DNA of 58,314 nucleotides from contig JBIJBT010000004.1 of the NCBI GenBank assembly GCA_044345055.1, positions 1-58,314 of the forward strand, given 5' to 3'. The notes beneath the pieces were generated by a model. The model saw nothing but the letters and a program-made list of their open reading frames with translations. It ran no database searches and was not told the origin of the DNA. Position numbers and translations under genes: made by a program. Origin of the DNA: Bdellovibrionota bacterium (lineage in GTDB: Bacteria > Bdellovibrionota_C > UBA2361 > OMIW01). Of the stretch, positions 20,275-30,176 are shown piece after piece (the first letter of the stretch is position 1; each line of letters starts with the position of its first letter).

Positions 20275-21080
20275 GCTATTTCCTGCGTTTACCATCGCCA
20301 AAGCAACTTAACCAGCTCTATCAAAACAGCTGCATCTTCCCTGCGCTCGCAATCCTAGCCCTTCTCCTCCCTTCGTTCGCCGTCGCCCAAGACTCTCGCT
20401 CAGGCGGGTTCTTCCCGCGGGATTTTGTTAGTAGGCAGCAGCTGGGTTCTGAGCGAGAAACGCCGACTCCGCCGCCGCCTCTGATACCGACTCGACCACC
20501 TCTTCGGAAGAAGGAGGAAGGGGGGGAGACTATGGAAGATAGTTTTTTTGGGCCCGAGAACACACCCACCCCAACGCCAATATCAACCCCTGAACCGTTA
20601 GTGCGGGGTACGAATCAGCGGGTGACGGCGGTGACAGGTGTCGTTGCGGGGCGGTCGACCTCGGAAGCTCTGCTTCTTGTTGCTGAAGCAGGCCGGGCGC
20701 TAAAGGAGAGACAGATCCCGATGAGGGAGCTATTTTTCTTTGGCGATCCATTTGAGCTTGCGGGCACTATGCAAAAAGCCTTTGAGCCAATCGCAAAGGA
20801 TCGCGAGCTGATGGCTGGCTTTGATTGGGTTGCGGAGGGGTTTCAACTTACTTCTGAGGTGCCGGAGCAGTACCCCGTTACCCACTCCCCCGCCTGGATT
20901 ATTGAAACTGCCGATGGTGCCACGGTCGTTGAGGGAGCTTCTGTTCCATTGGCTCAGATGATATCTCCCGAGGGAGAGCTGCTTGTTCCGATGGGTGGCG
21001 AAGAGATAGACCTAAAAGCACCGAAACGAGGTCCTTTGATAGGTGGTGGTGCTCCATCGGCGGCTCCTAAGCCTAGATAA
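20271..21080 (+). CDS. Exported Pro-rich protein, TrbC (F-type)-like
   Basis: ATGA overlap with the upstream gene; signal peptide ending AVA; PEQYPVTHSPAWII...VVEG resembles the TrbC thioredoxin-like core. Confidence 0.5.
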   Translation: MSYFLRLPSPKQLNQLYQNSCIFPALAILALLLPSFAVAQDSRSGGFFPRDFVSRQQLGSERETPTPPPPLIPTRPPLRKKEEGGETMEDSFFGPENTPTPTPISTPEPLVRGTNQRVTAVTGVVAGRSTSEALLLVAEAGRALKERQIPMRELFFFGDPFELAGTMQKAFEPIAKDRELMAGFDWVAEGFQLTSEVPEQYPVTHSPAWIIETADGATVVEGASVPLAQMISPEGELLVPMGGEEIDLKAPKRGPLIGGGAPSAAPKPR

Positions 21081-21278
21081 TCGCGGACCTTATCATTCCG
21101 ATTCACCGCCCCTCAATCGTCCGAACATATCCAATCGCTAATACCTTCTTACTCTGCAAAATCCCCGCTTTGAGCGGTAGCACCCTGATGCCGAGCTGTA
21201 GTACGATGCGGCCGAGTATGTCTGTCGAGTAATAAATCCATCGAGCCTCGTCGGCACATTTGATGAAGGAGAAGAGTA

Positions 21279-22448
21279 ATGGGACTATCGCCGCAATCGC
21301 CGCATATTGGAGCGCTCAATAAGGTAGGCCAGTCAATTTGGTACGATAATCTTTCTCGTGACCTGCTTCGTTCAGGCGAACTCAAGCGATACATCGAGCT
21401 TGGGGTTTCTGGATTAACAAGTAATCCAACCATTTTCCAAAAAGCTATCGGCGAATCTGCTGATTACGATGATGCCATTCGAAATCTGGTGCCACACCAT
21501 CTTGGCAGTGACTCTAAGAGTGACTCAAGCAGCGCCTCTACCAGCGCGACCATCGCAGAGGAGATTTGTGAGGATCTCTTTGTTGAGGATGTCGGTGCGG
21601 CGTGCGATCTTCTTCACTCAGTCTACGTCAACACCTCGGGAGCCGATGGATATGCGAGCCTAGAGGTTTCGCCTGAGCTCGCACACGACGCTGAAGGGAC
21701 CGTTGCAGCTGCGGAGCGATTGTGGAAGCGGCTCTCTCGCCCGAATGCGATGATTAAGGTTCCAGCGACCCCTGCGGGGATAATTGCGATAGAGCGTCTT
21801 TTGGCTCAGGGAATTAACGTCAATGTAACCCTGATTTTTTCCTCTTCGGTTTATGGGCAGGTGATGGATGCCTACCTCTCGGCGCTTGAGCAGCGAGCGG
21901 CTCGGGGAGAATCGATTAGTGGGATTGCATCAGTTGCAAGTTTTTTTGTCTCGCGGGTTGATGCCGCCGTCGAAAAAGATCTCTCCTCACGGGGGCGGTC
22001 CGATGTGCTTGTTGAGGTGCTCGGGAAGGTCGGGATCGCCAACTCGCGACTCGCCTATCACCGGTTTTTGGAGACGTTTCACGGAGATAGGTGGAGCGCT
22101 TTAGAACGGCTCGGAGCGCGGGTTCAACGGCCTCTTTGGGCGAGCACAGGGACAAAAAATCCCGCATTTTCAAAGCTCTTGTATGTCGAGGCACTCGCTC
22201 GCAATATGACAGTAAACACGGTCCCGCCCCAAACTCTGGACGCGATACTGGAGGGAGTTCAGGTGGCTGGATTGGGGGGTGAGGGGCTTGAGGAGGCTTC
22301 TCGGGTGATGGGGATGCTAAGTGGAGCTGGCGTTGATTTTGAACGTATTCTCGGGGAGCTTCAGGTCGCAGGTGTAGCGGCATTTAGTGAATCGTACGCG
22401 CAGCTGCTCGGGGCGATAGCTGCAAAAATTGAGAAGATGAAGGGGTAG
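21279..22448 (+). CDS. tal: Transaldolase (large, type 2)
   Basis: GQSIWYDNLSR, GLTSNPTIF, SLEVSP, MIKVPAT, NVTLIFS, ASFFVSRVD, QRPLWAST. Confidence 0.95.
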   Translation: MGLSPQSPHIGALNKVGQSIWYDNLSRDLLRSGELKRYIELGVSGLTSNPTIFQKAIGESADYDDAIRNLVPHHLGSDSKSDSSSASTSATIAEEICEDLFVEDVGAACDLLHSVYVNTSGADGYASLEVSPELAHDAEGTVAAAERLWKRLSRPNAMIKVPATPAGIIAIERLLAQGINVNVTLIFSSSVYGQVMDAYLSALEQRAARGESISGIASVASFFVSRVDAAVEKDLSSRGRSDVLVEVLGKVGIANSRLAYHRFLETFHGDRWSALERLGARVQRPLWASTGTKNPAFSKLLYVEALARNMTVNTVPPQTLDAILEGVQVAGLGGEGLEEASRVMGMLSGAGVDFERILGELQVAGVAAFSESYAQLLGAIAAKIEKMKG

Positions 22449-22514
22449 GAGTAACGAAGAGACTTTTGCGATATCCGTGAAGGAGTCGCCTCTAATCCTG
22501 GCGAGAGTTTTCGT

Positions 22515-24047
22515 ATGACCAATCCATTTGCTGAGGGTGAAAATCGCACGCTCAAACCTCCTGCAACAGCGCTTGTTATTTTCGGTGCCTCCGGAGATCT
22601 AACAAACCGGAAGCTTGTGCCTGCGCTCGTCAATCTTGCGCAGGATGAGTATCTACCACCGGGATTTATCGTTATTGGTGTCGCGCGGCGCCGATTAACC
22701 CACGATGAGTTTCGGGAGAGCCTCTGGGAGGGAGTAAAGAAATTTTCTCGCCGAACCATCAGTCGAGAGGTGTGGGAGCGGTTTGCACAATCGGTCTACT
22801 ATCAGTCGCTCGATGCTGGTCAGGAGGAGGATTTTTTTGCGCTACGCCGATTGCTTGAGGGGCTCGGCCAAGAGCGCGGTCATCACTACAACTATCTCTA
22901 TTATTTAGCGACAGCACCTCATTTTTTTGGTCCTATCTCCCATAATCTTCGGATCGCTGGGCTTGTTTGCGAACCCTCCGTTGGTACCCGAACAACTGCG
23001 ATTATCGTCGAAAAACCTTTCGGTCACGATTGTGAGTCCGCTGCCTCGCTCAATCGCCTTATCCGCGAGAGCTTTGCTGAGGAGCAGATCTATCGAATCG
23101 ATCACTATTTGGGGAAAGAGACTGTCCAGAATATCCTCGTGTTTCGATTCGCCAACGGCATCTTTGAACCGCTCTGGAACTCGCGCTATATCGACCATAT
23201 CGAGATAGCGGTGTGCGAGGATATCGGTGTGCTGAATCGTGCTGAGTATTTCGATCAAAACGGAATAACCCGAGATATCGTTCAAAATCATGTGCTTCAG
23301 ATGCTATCTCTGTTGTGCATCGAACCGCCGATCTCCCTCTCTGATGCCGATAGTATTCGCAATGAAAAGGTAAAAGTTTTGCGGCTTATCAAGCGAATGA
23401 AGCCCGATGAGGTCGCGCTCAATACGGTCCGCGCGCAGTACACTCAGGGCTTTATCCAGGGAAATGGGGTTAAAGGCTATCTTGAGGAGCCGGGAGTGGC
23501 ACCCAACAGCACGACCGAAACCTTTATCGCGCTTCAGCTCGAGGTCGATAACTGGCGGTGGTCTGGGGTGCCAATTTATGTGCGGGTCGGGAAGCGGTTA
23601 CCAAAACGAATTACCGAGATCTCGGTGTTCTTTAAGGAAGCACCCCTTTCGCTCTTTAAAGGCCGCCAAATTGATGAGCTTCCCCAGAATGTACTCTCCA
23701 TTCAGGTGCAGCCCTCAGAGGGAATATCGCTCTCAGTGAACTCAAAACCTCCAGGCCCCCGGATGCGGGTGCGGCGAGTGGAGATGGATTTTAACTACGA
23801 CCACTCGTTCGGCGTAGCTTCTCCCGAGGCTTATGAGCGGCTCTTGCTCGATGCCATGAAGGGGGACGCGACCCTGTTCACTAGAAACGATGAGATCGAG
23901 GAGGCGTGGAGTTTGTTGGCCCCGATCTTCGATGCTTGGGGATCGGACCGTGCGCCGCAGCTTTATAATTATGAGGCTGGTTCATGGGGACCGCCCGAGG
24001 CTGCCGCGCTTCTCCGGAAGCGAGGTCACACCTGGCGTCGTTTGTAG
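22515..24047 (+). CDS. zwf: Glucose-6-phosphate 1-dehydrogenase
   Basis: IFGASGDL, EKPFG, YRIDHYLGKE, RDIVQNH, EAYERLL. Confidence 0.97.
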   Translation: MTNPFAEGENRTLKPPATALVIFGASGDLTNRKLVPALVNLAQDEYLPPGFIVIGVARRRLTHDEFRESLWEGVKKFSRRTISREVWERFAQSVYYQSLDAGQEEDFFALRRLLEGLGQERGHHYNYLYYLATAPHFFGPISHNLRIAGLVCEPSVGTRTTAIIVEKPFGHDCESAASLNRLIRESFAEEQIYRIDHYLGKETVQNILVFRFANGIFEPLWNSRYIDHIEIAVCEDIGVLNRAEYFDQNGITRDIVQNHVLQMLSLLCIEPPISLSDADSIRNEKVKVLRLIKRMKPDEVALNTVRAQYTQGFIQGNGVKGYLEEPGVAPNSTTETFIALQLEVDNWRWSGVPIYVRVGKRLPKRITEISVFFKEAPLSLFKGRQIDELPQNVLSIQVQPSEGISLSVNSKPPGPRMRVRRVEMDFNYDHSFGVASPEAYERLLLDAMKGDATLFTRNDEIEEAWSLLAPIFDAWGSDRAPQLYNYEAGSWGPPEAAALLRKRGHTWRRL

Positions 24048-24161
24048 TTTTTTTTAGGGAAGGTTTTGGGACGGTGAGTCGAGTCTGTTTAAGCAGAAAA
24101 GGGGTGAGTGTCTCTGAACAAGCACCCCCAAAGAATGGTTGTTACGGATGGAGGTGCAGCT

Positions 24162-25217
24162 ATGTCGATCGTCATTCCCTCGGTGTGTGTTGAGATGGGC
24201 CAACTCGGCTCGGCCTTAACTCGGGCGGTTCGCTCGATTGAGGAGCTCGGGTATTTGCGAGCTGCGCACTCAAATCTTTTGGTCTTTCATCATGATCTTC
24301 CCCCTGATGAGCTTGGTAACTGGATTGATTCTCTTACGCTAGTGAATCCAAGCCGTGTGTTTGTGCTCTCTATTGATGATTCGGTGGAGGGAATTACTCT
24401 TGATGTCGGTGGCCGTTGCCATCGAGTTTCGCCATCGGTGATTTTATGTTCAGAGGTCGCCAAGGTGACGGTTCCGCGCCATCGACTTCCTGAGCTCCCG
24501 AGTGTTTTGCGCGCTCATATGTTATCGGGGGCTCGCATCGAGGCGGTCATTTTACAGGAAGCGATCCCTGATTGGATCGAACAGCTCACCGGCTCTCTCG
24601 CGCAGACGGTATATATCGATACGCGAGTAACCGCAGGGGCAGCCCAAACCGTCCCGCGATTTTGGTACCGCAAGGAGCGAGTAATTGATTGCGCCTGGAT
24701 GTGGTTAAACCCGTGGCGAGAGGTTATCCGACAAGCTTTTGATCGCGCTGACCTCAGCGAACGGTTACTTAATTTATCACGGGTGAACTTTACCGTTTCT
24801 CACGGCGCGGGTGCTTCGCTCTTGTCGCTTCTTCTGCTCCCGGGATGGATTCAGGGAAGGCTCGGGCTTGAGCTTCGCGAGGTTGAAGGAACTCGGGTTT
24901 TACTCGGGACCGAGGATGGCACGAGGTCGGTTGAATTTAATTTCGTGGAGGTCGATGAAGGGCGGGGTTCGGTAAACGGTATGGCGTTTTTTGACCGGAG
25001 TGAAGAGCCGTTTCTGCAGCTTCGGGTAGTGAATGAAATTCTTGAGGGTCAGTTTGATGAAGCGCGCTCGTGGGTTCCGCTGCGACGGTATGGTGGCGAG
25101 GGAAGCCGTGAGTTACTCGAGCGATATTTTCTGATCGGGGCGTCAATGACCCACTACCAATCGTCGTTCCGCAATGCGGTGCGTCTGCTTGAGAGTGGTG
25201 CGCTCGCCGTTCAGTAG
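24162..25217 (+). CDS. opcA: OpcA-like G6PDH assembly protein (divergent)
   Basis: Directly follows zwf; GGAGG SD; NPSRVFVL, ILCSEV, IDCAWMWLNPWRE, GWIQGRLG match OpcA blocks. Confidence 0.7.
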   Translation: MSIVIPSVCVEMGQLGSALTRAVRSIEELGYLRAAHSNLLVFHHDLPPDELGNWIDSLTLVNPSRVFVLSIDDSVEGITLDVGGRCHRVSPSVILCSEVAKVTVPRHRLPELPSVLRAHMLSGARIEAVILQEAIPDWIEQLTGSLAQTVYIDTRVTAGAAQTVPRFWYRKERVIDCAWMWLNPWREVIRQAFDRADLSERLLNLSRVNFTVSHGAGASLLSLLLLPGWIQGRLGLELREVEGTRVLLGTEDGTRSVEFNFVEVDEGRGSVNGMAFFDRSEEPFLQLRVVNEILEGQFDEARSWVPLRRYGGEGSRELLERYFLIGASMTHYQSSFRNAVRLLESGALAVQ

Positions 25218-25225
25218 GAGAGGGG

Positions 25226-25978
25226 ATGGAGATAGAAAAAGGAACGCGGGTCGCAGTTTTTGGCGCAACCTCGGATATCGGGGCATCGTTCGTCGCAGAG
25301 TGCGCGCTTCGCGGCGCGGACCTTTTGTTGATTGGGCGTAATGAGGAATCATTAGAGCGAATCGCTACCGATGCGCGGGTGCGAGGAGGCACTGTTACCA
25401 CAGCGAGATTCGACTTTGCCGATATAGGTGGAATCTCAACTCTCGTTACTGAGGTTTGGGAGAAGCTCGGCGGTGTTGACGTGGCAGCGATTTTTTACGG
25501 AGTCCTCCCACCGTTGGGTGGCACAGAAGGTGACGCGCTTGAGCTTGATAAGCAAGTGAGGGTAAACTTTACTAGTCCTGCTGCGCTCCTGAGTGGTGTG
25601 GCAAGTCGGATGGTCGATCAGAAGATAGAGGGAACCCTTGTCGCGGTGACATCGGTCGCAGGAGATCGCGGTCGAGCGAGCAATTACCCATACGGAAGTG
25701 CAAAAGCGGGACTAAGTGCGTACTGCTCAGGTCTTGGTCAGGCTTTAGCGCGAAAAGGGGTAACGGTTATAGATATTCGTCCCGGATTCGTCGCTACGAA
25801 GATGACGAAACATCTTAAACAGGGTCCACTCTTTGCGAGTCCTGAGGCGATAGCAAAAGGAATTATCAAGGCGGTCCGAAAAGGAAGTCCGGTCGTTTAC
25901 CTTCCTTGGTTCTGGCGATTCATCATGGCGGCGATTGTACATATTCCAAGTCGGGTGTTCCGAAAGTTTTCGCTTTAA
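25226..25978 (+). CDS. Short-chain dehydrogenase, DprE2-like subfamily
   Basis: FGATSDIG, SVAGDRGRASNYPYGSAKAG (YxxxK), RPGFVATKMT. Confidence 0.85.
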   Translation: MEIEKGTRVAVFGATSDIGASFVAECALRGADLLLIGRNEESLERIATDARVRGGTVTTARFDFADIGGISTLVTEVWEKLGGVDVAAIFYGVLPPLGGTEGDALELDKQVRVNFTSPAALLSGVASRMVDQKIEGTLVAVTSVAGDRGRASNYPYGSAKAGLSAYCSGLGQALARKGVTVIDIRPGFVATKMTKHLKQGPLFASPEAIAKGIIKAVRKGSPVVYLPWFWRFIMAAIVHIPSRVFRKFSL

Positions 25979-26093
25979 AGTTTCTGACTGGATCGGGTGC
26001 ACTTAGTTAGCAAAAGGTGTTACCGACAGTCCTCCGCACTAGCGGATTATATTTGCATTTTCCTTTTCACCGTTCTTTTTTAATCGACTCGCT

Positions 26094-27050
26094 GTGCCAA
26101 GCCTCTCACTTCGTTTTAGAGCTGCTCTTTTACCTCTTTATTTGCTCTGCATAGGAGCCTTTAGTGGCTGTGCTCTTCCACCTGCCCCCGATGCGGTAAC
26201 AGTTCCGGGAGTTCGTGCTGAGGAGATAACTGTTGCTACTTTTGTTGAGAGGGGAATAGCTGCGTTTCACGCGGGCAACGATGAAGAAGCGGTTGAACTT
26301 TTTCGCTCTGCCCATCTTCTTGCGCCCGATTCCCTTCCGGTGTCCCGAAATCTTGGAACTGCTCTTCTACAGACGGGGGCTTTCGAGGAGGCTGACAAGC
26401 TTTTTTCTCAGCTTCTTCAGGAGAGGCCAAACGATCCAAATCTCCTTTTTTTCCGTGGAAATGCTCGACGCGGTCGGCAACTTTTTCGGGATGCTTTGGA
26501 TGATTATCGGCGAGCCCTCGCGGTTGCCGAGCAGCGTGATGATAACGATGAGCTTTTAGCTGCGATAGGGCGAACACTCGCCGACACCCTTTTTCGGGTG
26601 GGTTTGACAAGAGAGAGTCGATGCGTATCTGAACGGGTGTTGGCAGTTGCTCCAGGTAACGATGATCTTCGTCGTCATGCTCGGTTGTTGCGGGGAATGG
26701 GTTTATATCGATACGCAAAGAGTTTGATAGAGGGGAAAGTTTCTTCTGCTGAGTTAGCCCAAGAAGCAGCTCTTTTATTTGAATTGGCGATAGCGGAATA
26801 CGGTATCGGGGATATCGCCGCCTTCGAGCGAAGGCGCGATGAAGCACTCCGTGCTGCTGAGGGAAATATTCTTTTGAAGAAACAGTTTGAAGCGGTTTTT
26901 TTCCTGACGAAGGAAGAGCATGACGCACCAGCTATTGGTGAGATTAAAGGAGAGGCTTTTATCGAGGCCGAATTAAACTACCTACCCGAGGGAATTGTTG
27001 AGAGATGGCTAAAATTTGCCGAACAGAGAGCCGCGGGGTTGAAGAAGTGA
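26094..27050 (+). CDS. TPR-repeat lipoprotein
   Basis: Lipobox FSGC; TPR-like repeats (NLGTALLQTGAFEEADKLFSQLL, RGNARRGRQLFRDALDDYRRAL). Confidence 0.75.
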   Translation: MPSLSLRFRAALLPLYLLCIGAFSGCALPPAPDAVTVPGVRAEEITVATFVERGIAAFHAGNDEEAVELFRSAHLLAPDSLPVSRNLGTALLQTGAFEEADKLFSQLLQERPNDPNLLFFRGNARRGRQLFRDALDDYRRALAVAEQRDDNDELLAAIGRTLADTLFRVGLTRESRCVSERVLAVAPGNDDLRRHARLLRGMGLYRYAKSLIEGKVSSAELAQEAALLFELAIAEYGIGDIAAFERRRDEALRAAEGNILLKKQFEAVFFLTKEEHDAPAIGEIKGEAFIEAELNYLPEGIVERWLKFAEQRAAGLKK

Positions 27051-27090
27051 ACGGGCTCTCAAAGTGCAAATTGGTTAATATGAAAATAGT

Positions 27091-27735
27091 ATGTCCGAAC
27101 AGGTTAGGGAGTGTGCGGCGATGATTGAACCTGTCTATCTGTTCGAACCTGGCGAAACGTCCTACTCTCCACTTTTCATACTTGTTCATGGCAGAGCAGG
27201 TAATGTGCGGATTATGTCCGGTATTTCTCGCTGCCTTCCACCCGGTTCGGCGCGTCTTTTTATTCAGGCTCCGGTACCCGATCCGATAGGTGGTTTTTCA
27301 TGGTGGTTGCTCGAGGATCCTGACGCAGATCCGTGGCAAGCATCCTTTGCGCTAGATCGTATTCTTGAGGAGATAATACCGCAGCTCGGCATTGAGCCCC
27401 GAATTACCGCAGGGATCGGGTTTTCGCAAGGAGGTGGTGTGTTGGGGATGGCGTTGCAACGAAATCCCCGACTGCTTAAAGGGCTGGCACTTCTAGCGAG
27501 CTTTGTGGTTCGTTCGCCCGAGCCGATTCCCTCCGGAGCGGCGCCGGATGTGTTTATTGCACACGGTTCGGATGATACCGTTGTGACGATAGATGAAGCT
27601 GAAAAGGGAGCGCGATATCTTACTACCGAGCTTGGCTGGCCAACTACGATGGTGGTTGATTCAGTAGGTCACAAGGTCGGCGTGCAGGGCATGAGGGGGT
27701 TAAAGGAGTGGGCGATCCGGATGGTGATGGAATAA
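27091..27735 (+). CDS. Phospholipase/carboxylesterase (alpha/beta hydrolase)
   Basis: VHGRAG, GFSQGG, AHGSDDTVV, VGH catalytic triad. Confidence 0.9.
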   Translation: MSEQVRECAAMIEPVYLFEPGETSYSPLFILVHGRAGNVRIMSGISRCLPPGSARLFIQAPVPDPIGGFSWWLLEDPDADPWQASFALDRILEEIIPQLGIEPRITAGIGFSQGGGVLGMALQRNPRLLKGLALLASFVVRSPEPIPSGAAPDVFIAHGSDDTVVTIDEAEKGARYLTTELGWPTTMVVDSVGHKVGVQGMRGLKEWAIRMVME

Positions 27736-27845
27736 CGGCGTAAAAGTAAAGCTGAACGCTCGAAGCTACCCAGAAATACACTCAGTGAGATATTTTAGGG
27801 CAGCTATTTTTTAGCGAAAAATTTTAGAGGGGAAAATACGGAAAA

Positions 27846-28469
27846 CTATTTCGTGCCCCAATAGGCGGCGCGATAGTCAAGCATACTTGCTTCAATTACG
27901 TGGTAAGCCTCTTCCTTATTGTAGGTCTCAACGAGCTCACACTGCGAAACCATAGTGCCGGGTGGGAGTTTGTAGGTAAGAAAGTAGTGAGATAATCGGT
28001 CAAGGAGAGCGGTGGGGAGGTCGGTAATATCGTGCCAATTATGGAATGCGGTATCGCCTTCAAGAACCGCGATTAATTTATCATCGGCCTCACCCTTATC
28101 TACCATCCGGAGTCCTCCGATTGGTCGGGCATTTACTAGGATGTCCCCATGATGAATCGCACGCTCGGTAAGCACGCAGATATCAACAGGGTCCGCATCG
28201 CCGACGATCTTATCGCGATCGGTTGATTCCATGCAGAGACGAGCGACCTGATCGCCGCACAAGGTCTGTGGAATAAAACCGTACATAGCTGGGCAGATAT
28301 TTGAATATCGTTGCGGTCTATCGATTCGGAGCAATCCGGAAGCTTTATCCACCTCATATTTTACGGTGTCGGTCGGCACTATTTCGATGTATGCATTGAC
28401 CACCTCGGGACAATTATCTCCGGGAGTAACACCATGCCAAGGGTGAGCTCGAAAATGCTCTGGTTTCAT
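27846..28469 (-). CDS. ppa: Inorganic pyrophosphatase (family I)
   Basis: HPWHG, KYEVDK, YGFIPQT, DADPVD, DKGEADDK, FLTYK. Confidence 0.95.
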   Translation of the reverse strand: MKPEHFRAHPWHGVTPGDNCPEVVNAYIEIVPTDTVKYEVDKASGLLRIDRPQRYSNICPAMYGFIPQTLCGDQVARLCMESTDRDKIVGDADPVDICVLTERAIHHGDILVNARPIGGLRMVDKGEADDKLIAVLEGDTAFHNWHDITDLPTALLDRLSHYFLTYKLPPGTMVSQCELVETYNKEEAYHVIEASMLDYRAAYWGTK

Positions 28470-28659
28470 AGGGGATTACTATTAAGGACAACAATGAGTG
28501 GGAGTGGTTTGAGGGACTTAACGATTTGCAGAACGCTCATCGTGTCTTTGACAGAAAATCGTCATTGGCCATCACCAAGATGGGTATGGTCCACTAAATA
28601 AGATGGACCTGCAAGATGATACTCTCGCTGTGGAATTATATGGTCGCACCAAAAAAAAC

Positions 28660-28732
<73 letters not shown>

Positions 28733-29016
28733 ATCGTTTCGAAACCTTCGTATACGAGGGGTTACATCTGGTGGACGAGTTTAGCGGAGGGAGGAGAGGA
28801 AAGTCAATTACATGGCGGCGAACTTTCGCCATATTCCGCCTTTCTCCTCACTTCCTGCACCGACCGTGTGTGTATGGCTACGCCGAGGCTCTTTAGGCAG
28901 TCGAAGAAATCGTTCAGCGTGATGCGCGGCATGAGGCAACGTTCGGCCAGCCCCATTAGCTGGCCCGATTGCTCGATATTGTTCAAGGACACCCTCTATT
29001 ACGTTACTGGTACCTG

Positions 29017-30159
29017 CTACCTTTCGGAACCCCCCAGAGTGCGTTCCCAATCGCCATCATCTCTCTGGCGATACGACCTGCGCTTTGCCACATCGTCATA
29101 CCCCTTGCGCGCCGCTTCAATCGAATAAGTAGGAACGCTCTTCCATTTGTTCGGCCTAATCCAGATATTGTTTTCACCTCCGGTAATGACGACTCTCTCG
29201 CAACCATTCATCTCTGCAATTTTCTCGACTGCCGAGACAAAGACATCCCGAAATGAGATCCCAAACAAATTGCTGGCAAAATTTTCCGGATGCTTAATAT
29301 TTAAGGGGTACCCCGCATTAGAGCACCCTATTCCGCGAACCCCCTGCATCTGCTCTATTTGCAGGGCGCCGACCCGATCGCGAGTGGAAAAACTAAGAAT
29401 CGCCTGCGGAATCCCATCCCGCTTTATAAATAGACCAAAAGGAGCATCCATCCATATCCAGAAGCTCTTCTGTCCACTTGGCGATTTCGGCTCCGGGAAG
29501 GTTTTATAGGACAGAGAAGAAATACGACCCGGACACGAATTATGTTCAGTAAAACAAAGAACTGGCTCAAGTGAATAGCTCGCAAGCGTGGTGAGACTAA
29601 CAGACGGATCGGCATAGGTTGCAAAAAGCTCCGTTACCCATCTCGCATCATCGGCCAGAAGTTGTAATGAACGGATGATATCGTAGGAAAAAGAAGTTTC
29701 TTCACGCGGTAGTCTAGCCTCTCGCGATATTCGCTGAGCAAGGTCGAGCCACTCAGGAACAAAACCCGCCCGCACTATCTCTCGATGGAAGGCACCGAGA
29801 AGCTCAGTTTCCTTCCCTAGACTCGCCCTCTCCTCGGAGGATAATTCACCAAAAGACTCGAAGAGGAGCTCCGACTCTAGAACTCGATCGATCAACAAAT
29901 CTTTACAGCTCGTATTGCTCCTCAATAGCACTTCGATGAACCGCCGCATGGACTTCTCATCGGACAACGACTCGAGCACCCTTTCGATCTCGGGATGTTT
30001 CAGAATAGCTGAGACAAGATCCCGTGTACGCGGCAGCCGATCCTCATCGGTGAACTGACCCAAAGAAGGGTAATCTGTACTCTTAAGGGCGGACCGTCTC
30101 AGGGAGGTGGCACCGAGGTTCGTTGACTCACCAAAATCGGGGTGACGGAGCGACATCAT
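29017..30159 (-). CDS. Hypothetical protein, C-terminal half VirK/YbjX (DUF535)-like
   Basis: 380 codons; AILSFS...LQIEQMQG...LFGISFRDVFVSAVEKIA...GCERVV...YD pattern. Confidence 0.55.
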   Translation of the reverse strand: MMSLRHPDFGESTNLGATSLRRSALKSTDYPSLGQFTDEDRLPRTRDLVSAILKHPEIERVLESLSDEKSMRRFIEVLLRSNTSCKDLLIDRVLESELLFESFGELSSEERASLGKETELLGAFHREIVRAGFVPEWLDLAQRISREARLPREETSFSYDIIRSLQLLADDARWVTELFATYADPSVSLTTLASYSLEPVLCFTEHNSCPGRISSLSYKTFPEPKSPSGQKSFWIWMDAPFGLFIKRDGIPQAILSFSTRDRVGALQIEQMQGVRGIGCSNAGYPLNIKHPENFASNLFGISFRDVFVSAVEKIAEMNGCERVVITGGENNIWIRPNKWKSVPTYSIEAARKGYDDVAKRRSYRQRDDGDWERTLGGSER

Positions 30160-30176
30160 GGCGTTAACATCCAGCT

